Positions 1 through 6,728 of a stretch of 7,680 bases of DNA are shown here, piece after piece. The notes below the pieces were generated by a model. It saw only the letters and a program-made list of their open reading frames with translations, did no database searches and had not been told where the DNA came from. Source of the DNA: Octopus sinensis (lineage: Eukaryota); the NCBI RefSeq assembly GCF_006345805.1, contig NW_021828748.1, positions 1 to 7,680 of the forward strand. The letters run 5' to 3'. Position 1 is the stretch's first letter, and each line of letters starts with the position of its first letter. Position numbers and translations under genes: made by a program.

Positions 1-220
1 AGCACAAAAAGGAGGAAGGGACAGATGAAAGAGAAGCAGAGAGGGAAAGGGACAGGTCAAGTGGGGTATAAGGTCTGAGAGGCAGAGAAATGTGGGATGA
101 GGAGGGACGGAGAAGAGAGAAAGAAGAAGGGAACAAGGGAGAAGAAGAAAAAGAGGGAAAGAGACAGAAGGGGGTGAAAAGGGTTAAGGCAGAGAAAAGT
201 AGGAGAGGGGGGAAAAGAGA
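1..220. repeat. Purine-rich (GA-rich) low-complexity tract
   Basis: Strongly G/A-biased on the + strand (aagaagaagg, gagggaaa, gaaaagaga) with no fixed unit. Confidence 0.8.
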
Positions 221-263
221 CGAGTAGTCGAGTCGTACCAATGTTAGAGAGTAATATACTTAC

Positions 264-297
264 AGTATGGGTTAAGGGTAGGGTACGTAGCCGCCAT
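264..297 (-). CDS. Candidate start-codon micro-exon (MAATYPTLNPY + phase-1 donor); unverified
   Basis: Minus strand reads tac-ATG GCG GCT ACG TAC CCT ACC CTT AAC CCA TAC T|GTAAGTA: ATG at 297-295, consensus donor GTAAGT from 263, then a pyrimidine-rich tract (reverse complement of 1-220). No protein family recognised. Confidence 0.2.
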
Positions 298-303
298 GTA
301 TAT

Positions 304-375
304 GGTAAACGTTAAAAAAAACCAAACTGGGACAAGAATGTGAAACATTTTGAAGACGGCAAAAAACACACAGAC
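304..375 (+). repeat. Direct repeat D, copy 1
   Basis: ggtaaacgttaaaaaaaaccaaactgggacaagaatgtgaaacattttgaagacggcaaaaaacacacagac recurs at 595-668 with about 4 differences. Confidence 0.95.
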
Positions 376-380
376 CGGGC

Positions 381-540
381 TTACAATATTTTCTGATGTA
401 ATACATTTTTCTGAAGATCTTTTTAGCCTAATCATTATGTTTATTAGAACTACCAATAAATTTATAGTAACTTTACGGAGAACCTGTACGTGTGTTGCGT
501 GTGTGCGCGCGTGTGTATGTGCACGCGCGTGTGTGTGTGT
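381..540. repeat. Inverted repeat, left arm (pairs with 659-819)
   Basis: 381-490 is the reverse complement of 711-819 with one mismatch and one 1-nt indel. Pairing continues through the GT/CG tract to ~540/659 with two more 1-nt indels and one mismatch. Confidence 0.97.
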
Positions 541-566
541 GTGCGCGTGTGGTGTGCGAGAGTGTA

Positions 567-592
567 ATATATATATATATATATATATATAT
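567..592. repeat. (AT)n microsatellite in the inverted-repeat spacer
   Basis: Pure AT run directly visible. Confidence 0.95.
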
Positions 593-594
593 TA

Positions 595-668
595 GGTACA
601 CGTTAAAAAAAACACAAACTGGGACAAGGAACGTGAAACATTTTGAAGACGGCAAAAAACACACAGAC
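595..668 (+). repeat. Direct repeat D, copy 2
   Basis: Near-identical to 304-375; its last bases overlap the start of the right inverted arm. Confidence 0.95.
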
Positions 669-819
669 ACGCGCGTGCACATACACACGCGCGCCACACA
701 CGCACACACACGTACAGGTTCTCCGTAAAGTTACTATAAATTTATTGGTAGTTCTAATAAACATCATGATTAGGCTAAAAAGATCTTCAGAAAATGTATT
801 ACATCAGAAAATATTGTAA
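659..819. repeat. Inverted repeat, right arm (pairs with 381-540)
   Basis: Ends ...acatcagaaaatattgtaa, the reverse complement of ttacaatattttctgatgt at 381. Confidence 0.97.
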
Positions 820-983
820 CAATTACAGGCAATCAATTTAATTTACTACAGTTATGATTAATGTTCAAATTGTAAGCCATTTGCTTCAATGCATTCTTGA
901 TTTCGTGAAAGCACACTGTGTCTAGATTTGGACTATTTCGCCTCGTTTTTTATAAACGACGGCGTCCAGTCCAGCAACAACTG

Positions 984-1404
984 ACGTGGAGGCGCAATGG
1001 CCCAGTGGTTAGGGCAGCGGATTCCCAGACCGGGCATTGTGACTGTTTATTGAGCAAAAACACCTAAGCTCCACGAGACTCCGGCGGGGTTGTGTGGGGA
1101 AACTCGCTGTACGCATTCACCACGACTTTATATCACTGTTTCTTCCTACTTCTGCCACAAAGCAGAGGAACCATGGTGTAACACACTGTGGTGTGGTAAA
1201 CTTTCAGATCCTAGTCTAGACTGCGAATCGTCTGTACCCCAGGATGGTTCAGCTCTCCAACCGTTAAAAGCCACCGTTTACGGAATGAAGGTAACTACGT
1301 GGCTTTCGCGCCCGTGCAACCGCCAATCTATCGCGTGTGGTGGGTGGATCTTCAAGTTGCCACACGCATTCTTAGTAGCCTAGAGTAGGCTCGAGTTAGA
1401 GATT
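984..1404 (+). mobile_element. Candidate tRNA-derived SINE, second family ('family B'): head with internal deletion plus unrecognised body
   Basis: ggcgcaaTGGCCCAGTGGttagggcagcgg holds a perfect Pol III A box (TRGCNNAGYGG, 998-1008), followed only ~12 nt later by the T-arm remnant gattccc, implying loss of the anticodon arm and B-box 5' half. The body is GC-balanced, has two hairpins near its 3' end and runs straight into a simple-repeat tail. Confidence 0.55.
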
Positions 1405-1600
1405 AGAAGAAGAAGAAGAAGAAGAAGTAGAAGAAGAAGAAAAAGGAGGAGGAGGAGGTGGAGTAGTAGTAGTAGTAGAAGAAGAAGATAAGAAGAAGAA
1501 GAAGAAAAAGAAGATAAAAAGAAGAAGAAGAAGAAGTAGAAGTAGAAGAAGAAGAAGAAGAAGAAAATGGAGGAGGAGGAGGTGGAGGAGGAGTAGTAGT

Positions 1601-1631
<31 letters not shown>

Positions 1632-1844
1632 GAAGAAGAAGAAAAAGGAGGAGGAGGAGGTGGAGTAGTAGTAGTAGTAGAAGAAGAAGAAGAAGAAGAA
1701 GTAGAAGTAGAAAAAAAGGAGGAGGAGGAGGTGGAGGAGTAGTAGTAGTAGTAGTAGAAGAAGAAGAAGAAGAAGAAGAAGAAGAAGAAGAAGAAGAAGA
1801 AGAAGAAGAAGAAGAAGAAGAAGAAGAAGAAGAATAAGAAGAAG
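1405..1844 (+). repeat. Compound (GAA)n/(GGA)n/(GTA)n microsatellite with four higher-order units
   Basis: No C on the + strand for 440 bp; four blocks each contain exactly (GGA)4-GGT-(GGA)1-3-(GTA)3-6 starting at 1445, 1569, 1647 and 1718; pure (GAA)n at ~1757-1833. Confidence 0.97.
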
Positions 1845-2501
1845 CAACTGGTAGTTCACTTAAGAGATGGACACAAATTATGTTTTGACCCAGGAAATTC
1901 TGGGGCAGACGACACATATTTCAAACTTCAGAAAATATGGCTCCCTATCCCCAGGCACATTTCTACGCCCTGAATGAGATGATAAGCTGCTCCTATAGCT
2001 TCTAAAATTCTTCATCTTATTAAATATAATCAAACGTGTATTATATTTATTATCAAGCAGCGAGTGTCAATTTGTGCTTTGTGCCATTGCTGCTCGTAAA
2101 GTATACATCCAATGTTTGTGAATATCCTTGTAACACATTTCAGTATTTGTTGTCACACCAACGAACCAACGTGCAATGGCACAGTGGGGGAAAACATCGA
2201 GCATATAGTCTAAGATGATCAAACATATTTATATCCGCTGGACATCGATTATGCAGAGTCTCATACATTCATTTCTGGTAAAAAACGAAAAACAGTCAAC
2301 AATAGTGATGTCCCCAGCATGATGGCAACTTTAATGCTGAAACATTTTAAAAGAATATAAATACATTTTCTGTTCCCCTTCATACAAAAGCGAAAATATT
2401 TTCAGAACCGCCATTTTTACATATATTTTAGTTGCATTATAAAACTAATATGATAAAGAAGACGACGACAACGAGGTATACATACCTATACATAGACTAC
2501 G

Positions 2502-2870
2502 AACCACATGGTACCGAGTTCAGTCCCACTGCGTGGCACATTGGGCAAGTGGCTTCTACTATAGTCTCGGGCCGACGAAAGCCTTGTGAGAGGATTTGGT
2601 AGACGGAAACGGAAAGAAGCCCGTCGTATATATGTATATATATGTGTATGTTTGTGTGTTGTGTTTGCCCCCCTCCCCCAACATCGCTTGACAACCGATG
2701 CTGGTGTGTTTACGTCCCCGTAACTTAGCGGTTCGGCAAAAGAGACTGATAGAATAAGTACTAGGCTTACAAAGAATAAGTCCCGGGTTCGATTTCCTCG
2801 ATTAAGGCGGTGCTCCAGCATGGACACAGTCAAATGACTGAAACAAGTAAATGAATAATGAATAAATGAA
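2502..2870 (+). mobile_element. SINE family A, copy 1 (5'-truncated)
   Basis: aaccacatgg...agttcagtcccactgcgtggc...gaaagaagcccgtcg, then (TA/TG)n, then ...gacaaccgatgctggtgtgtttacgtcccc...aaggcggtgctccagcatggacacagtcaaatgactgaaacaagtaaa and an ATGAATA-like tail. I count 16 mismatches over ~130 bp against copy 2. Confidence 0.93.
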
Positions 2871-2878
2871 TATATAAT

Positions 2879-2933
<55 letters not shown>

Positions 2934-3120
2934 TATATATATATACATATATAATATATATATATATATATTAATGTAGACACGTGCACCATTCACGCAC
3001 ACGCACATACAGGAAGAAACAGAGAAAAAGAGATAAAATATATGTGTATGCGTTCGCACCTATGTATCCATACTACACACATACACACAGACACACACAC
3101 ATTCCACATACACATACATA
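2871..3120. repeat. (TA)n followed by degenerate (CA)/(CATA) microsatellites
   Basis: Long TA run ~2882-2971, then CA-rich tracts to ~3120. Confidence 0.9.
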
Positions 3121-3201
3121 ATCTCTATCTAAACACGTGCACGGACAACACGTTTCTATTTACTTCAGTGTTCGTCCGTATAAAAGAATAATAAATAGCA
3201 G

Positions 3202-3225
3202 TTATTATTATTATTATTATTATTA
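3202..3225. repeat. (TTA)8 microsatellite
   Basis: Directly visible; it produces the poly-Tyr in ORF 3137..3454. Confidence 0.95.
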
Positions 3226-3562
3226 CACAGTAAAATGTAAGTGGTGGCTAGCATTTTGGAAGAGCCAAAGTGAAAACTTAAGAGGGGCGGGAGGAGAGGT
3301 GCTTATTTATCCAGAATCAGTGTCGCAGAACTTTGGTAGGGAGCGATTCATTCAAGCGTCAATCTGTGTATTTATCCACACAGTGTTTATATTTGTTTTC
3401 TGTTGTGGTTTTAAGGACACCTCATTCTTCTCGTTCTCATTTTCTCGAGAATGAGGGAATTGCCTTAGTATTCGGTTTTGCACTTGTAGACATGGCGCCT
3501 ATGTAGTCAAAAACACTAGTCAAAAAGGTTCTTTTCGGTTTGAACGGCAGTTTTTAACATAA

Positions 3563-3719
3563 TGTGTGGTAAGTAGCTTGCTAACCAACCACATGGTTCC
3601 GGGTTCAGTCCCACTGTGTGGCATCTTGGGCAAGTGTCTTCTGCTATAGCCCCGGGCCGACCAATGCCTTGTGAGTGGATTTGGTAGGCGGAAATTGAAA
3701 GAAGCCTGTCGTATATATG

Positions 3720-3750
<31 letters not shown>

Positions 3751-3957
3751 TTGTGTTTGTCCCCCTAGCATTGCTTGACAACCGATGCTGGTGTGTTTAC
3801 GTCCCCGTCACTTAGTGGTTCGGCAAAAGAGACCGATAGAATAAGTACTCGGCTTACAAAGAATAAGTCCCGGGGTCGATTTGCTCGACTAAAGGCGGTG
3901 CTCCAGCATGGCCGCAGTCAAATCAATGAAACAAGTAAAAGAGTAAAAAGAGAGAGA
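3563..3957 (+). mobile_element. SINE family A, copy 2, nested in the MITE
   Basis: tgtgtggtaagtagcttgc...GGGTTCAGTCCC (B-box-like, 3601-3612), internal (TA)/(TG), same 3' half as copy 1, tail gtaaaagagtaaaaagagagag. Lacks the first ~14 nt present in copy 3. Confidence 0.95.
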
Positions 3958-4210
3958 ATAACTAAAAAATTTTTAACTTCGTATACTTGTAGAATGTGCT
4001 TATAAAACATATTTTTCTCTTGGCTTTATTGAGAAAATTCTATAGTTTTTAAGATATGTTGTTTTTCTTCTTCAATTTCTGCAATTTCAACCAATCAGTG
4101 ACGTCTATTGAGTTAAAAAGCATTCTGTGCCGTATGAATATATCCCTCGTTTAAGAAACAGATTGGGTTTATTTACATTTGTGAAGAAAAATAAGATACC
4201 CTTCCCCTAC

Positions 4211-4244
4211 CCCTAACCCTAACCCTAACTAACCCTAACCCTAA
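4211..4244. repeat. Telomere-type (CCCTAA)n array inside the MITE
   Basis: (CCCTAA)3 CTAA (CCCTAA)2, preceded by cccctac. Confidence 0.93.
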
Positions 4245-4353
4245 AAGAGATTGATATGCAATAGATCGATTCTAGGGTCATAATTATGGGTGACAATTTC
4301 ATATGACACCGCTAGGAAAAACTGCTGTTCAAACCGAAAAGATCCATCAAAAA

Positions 4354-4496
4354 CATATACAGGCACATACACAACACGAACACATACACACACACACACG
4401 CGCACATACAGCGGTTTCTGTGTACCAAATCCGCGAACAAGTCTTTGGTCGATCCAAGGCAATAGCATACATTTGCCCAAGGTACCACGCAGTGGC
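4354..4496 (-). mobile_element. SINE family A, old diverged 5'-half fragment with its (CA) tract
   Basis: gtttctgtgtaccaaatcc...ctttggtcgatccaaggcaatag...tttgcccaaggtaccacgcagtgg aligns with copy 3 (5949-6033) but with many more differences; no 3' half adjacent. Confidence 0.75.
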
Positions 4497-4708
4497 AACG
4501 CGTGAATATCGTTGGCGATTTTCTTTCTCTATGATTGAATGCATTCCATTTAGATGGCCATCCTCTCTTTTAAAAGGAATTTAAGGCTACCGTCTAAATC
4601 ATTCTTTCTTTCGGTGAGGGTGTAATTTCAATATGTATTGACTGCCATGTCTAGCAGGCTGAGAGGCCATGTAGCAACTCTGTTTTGTGTCGATGAAAAT
4701 GGCGGAAT

Positions 4709-5151
4709 TGGTGGTGGTGGTTGTGTTGAAGTCCATAGCGAGTTAGATTTGGTAATAATGATTATAATGGTGGTGGTGTTTTGATGGTGGTAGCGGTAGT
4801 GAAAGGGGGATGTAGCTGGGACACGCTGATAGCGCTGATATGAGTAATGGTGATGTTGGTGGTATTGTAGATAGTGGTGGTCATGGTAGTGCAGGTGGCA
4901 TTTTTTGTTTGCTGTTGTTATTGTTATGGTGGTGGTAGTGACGGTTGTAACGTTGGTTATGGCGATGGTATTACCATGGGTGGTGTTGACAGTGGTAGAG
5001 TTGTCTGTAGTGGTGGTTTGGTTGGGCAGGTGTTGTTTGTTGCTGTTGTTACAGTTGTCCTTGCTGTTATTGTTGCCCTAGTTGTTGTTGCTTTTGGTGG
5101 TGGTTGTGGTGGTGATGGTGGTGGCTACGGAGACGGCGGCGGTGGTGGTGG
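4709..5151. repeat. Degenerate (GGT/GTT/GAT)n trinucleotide low-complexity tract
   Basis: G/T-rich triplet periodicity; the Val/Gly-rich ORF 4874..5155 is its translation and the minus frames are broken by stops. Confidence 0.88.
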
Positions 5152-5660
5152 ATGAAACCAAAGGGACTGAAGTGCATGTACCCGTAGAAGGGATGAGCAA
5201 ATGAGGGAGGTCTAGAGATAGGGATGGGTGATACCAAATTTCATGGTAAATTAAGATCGGTCTTTTGAAGAGATTTCATGGTATGGTTTTGCCTGTCTTG
5301 AGTATTTCATGGTTGTTGACAGAGAGAGAGAGACAGAGAGAGAAAGAGGGGGGGAGAAGTAAAGGACATGAATAGCCCCTCTTTTTAACATTCCCTCATT
5401 ATTACATTTATGTATTTGTTTCTCTCCCTATGCTTATGTGTGTGTGTGTGAAGAGAAGGGGAGGAAAGTGATTCGAAAAATTGAAGAATTTTTTTCCATG
5501 GAAAATAGATTTCTGTGTTGGTTCTTCAAACACGAGTGGTTGTACAGATGAGTGTTAGGGTTTGTGCGGTATTTAGAAAACCGAACGTTATCATATAAAC
5601 GGGCTAATAGCCAAAGTATCAGTGTACTGGGACAAAAGTCTACGCACGCATACATATATA

Positions 5661-6095
5661 TACTCTTACTCTTTTTACTCCTTTACTTGTTTCAGTCATT
5701 TGACTGCGACCATGCTGCAGCACCGCCTTTAATCGAGCAACTCGACCCCGGGACTTATTCTTTTGTAAGCCCAGTACTTATGTTATCGGTCTCTTTTGCC
5801 GAACCGCTAAGTAACGGGGACATAAACACACCAGCATTGGTTGTCAAGCAATGCTAGGAGGACAAACACAGACACACAAACACACACACGCATATATATA
5901 TATATATATTATATATATATATACATATATACGACGGGCTTCTTTTCAGTTTCCGTCTACCGAATCCACTCACAAGGCTTTGGTCGGCCCGAGGCTATAG
6001 TAGAAGACACTTGCCCAAGGTGCCACGCAGTGGGACTGAACCCGGAACCATGTGATTGGTAAACAAGCTACTTACCACACAGCTACTCTTGCGCC
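5661..6095 (-). mobile_element. SINE family A, copy 3, full length
   Basis: Minus strand starts GGCGCAAGAG-TAGCTGTGTGG (A-box-like, 6085-6075)...GGTTCAGTCC (B-box-like, 6042-6033), then internal (TA)/(TG), conserved 3' half and a GAGTAAAA-type tail ending ~5661. Confidence 0.95.
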
Positions 6096-6240
6096 TATCT
6101 AGACATCCATACGAATATGATTCATATATGTCAATATGAGTATATGGATATATATATATATATATATATAGAAGGTTCAGTAAAATTAATTAAAGTAAAA
6201 TCTAACTTCTCACCCTCATTTTAAATTTAAATATAAATTT

Positions 6241-6299
6241 AAAGGCGGTGCTCCAGCAGGGCCACAGTCACATAACTGAAACAAGTAAAAAAAAAAAAA
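6241..6299 (+). mobile_element. SINE family A (or partner LINE) 3'-terminal fragment with oligo-A
   Basis: aaaggcggtgctccagcagggccacagtcacataactgaaacaagt followed by an A run; nothing homologous upstream. Confidence 0.85.
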
Positions 6300-6327
6300 G
6301 ATATATATTATTTCACTTATTATTCTC

Positions 6328-6535
6328 TTACATGTTTCAGTCATTTGACTGCGGTCATGCTGGAGCACCGCATTGGGGGATTTTAGTAGAACAAATCGAC
6401 CCCTGTATTTATTCTTGAAGCCTAGTATTTATTTTGTCAATCTCTTTTGCTGAAGCGCTAGATTACAGGGACGTAAACACACCAACACCGGTTGTCAAGT
6501 GGTGTTAGGAGATCAAGCACAGACACAAAGACATA
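6328..6535 (-). mobile_element. SINE family A 3' half (variant), truncated at the internal microsatellite
   Basis: ttacatgtttcagtcatttgactgcggtcatgctggagcaccgc...cgtaaacacaccaacaccggttgtcaag...cacagacacaaagac; carries extra bases (cattgggggat) after gcaccgc relative to copy 3. Confidence 0.9.
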
Positions 6536-6567
6536 TATACATAGATACATACACACATATATATGTG

Positions 6568-6617
<50 letters not shown>
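6536..6617. repeat. (TA)n / CATA microsatellite
   Basis: Directly visible; marks where the SINE 3' half stops. Confidence 0.9.
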
Positions 6618-6623
<6 letters not shown>

Positions 6624-6728
6624 AGAGGAAGTGTAACCTCGGGAAGGGATGATTGTATTCAAGGAATTACTGGATCAATACCTGGTATTATTGGGGAATG
6701 AAATTCCCTTCAATCATATAGTTTATTC

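Larger units (their letters stand above)
3527..4345. mobile_element. Non-autonomous DNA transposon (MITE), 29-bp TIRs, 8-bp TSD, possibly Merlin-like; interrupted by a SINE
   Basis: Left TIR ggttcttttcggtttgaacggcagttttt (3527-3555) matches the reverse complement of aaaaactgctgttcaaaccgaaaagatcc (4317-4345) at 27/29. Flanks gtcaaaaa (3519-3526) and atcaaaaa (4346-4353) match 7/8. No coding capacity; ~424 bp without the nested SINE. Confidence 0.88.

Noticed and set aside
181-284. gggttaagg and gggttaagggtaggg as telomeric repeats
   Set aside because: Only one or two degenerate units in a G-rich context; expected by chance.
340-470. Hammerhead ribozyme (CTGAAGA at 411-417; GAAAC at 342-346), as carried by Penelope-like elements
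   Set aside because: No stem II plus GAAA follows CTGAAGA, and the boxes are not spaced or paired as any hammerhead topology requires.
922-964. Helitron 3' end on the minus strand (hairpin 939-964, CTAG 13 nt downstream)
   Set aside because: The base after CTAG is A rather than the canonical T, the stem is bulged, and no matching 5' TC end was identified.
991-1040. Functional tRNA gene
   Set aside because: A box is perfect but the anticodon arm and B box are missing; no cloverleaf. The family-A heads likewise continue into SINE body sequence.
1845-1973. Frame QLVVHLRDGHKLCFDP... resembling the chemokine C-terminal motif (IL-8 EIIVKLSDGRELCLDP)
   Set aside because: Short chance similarity: no start, no N-terminal cysteines, no pyrimidine-rich acceptor (upstream is a purine repeat), and chemokines are a vertebrate family.
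2080-2183. 11-bp inverted repeat tgtgccattgc / gcaatggcaca as TIRs or a pre-miRNA
   Set aside because: Does not extend either way, interior pairing is poor, no TSD.
2050-2295. Minus-strand exon after the acceptor-like tttttcgttttttaccag
   Set aside because: All three frames meet a stop within 15 codons of the acceptor and the later open stretches resemble no protein I know; a non-coding exon cannot be excluded.
291-4705. YY1-like ATGGCG motifs at ~291, 2408, 3490 and 4696
   Set aside because: Four scattered 6-7-mers on two strands of 7.7 kb are not clearly above chance and are not clustered.
4709-5151. Mucin-like or Gly-rich coding exon
   Set aside because: Stops interrupt the minus-strand frames, no convincing splice sites, and composition is explained by decayed triplet repeats.
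5238-5313. CRISPR-like repeat-spacer array
   Set aside because: Repeats of 10 bp are too short, the spacers resemble each other, and the context is eukaryotic with no cas genes.
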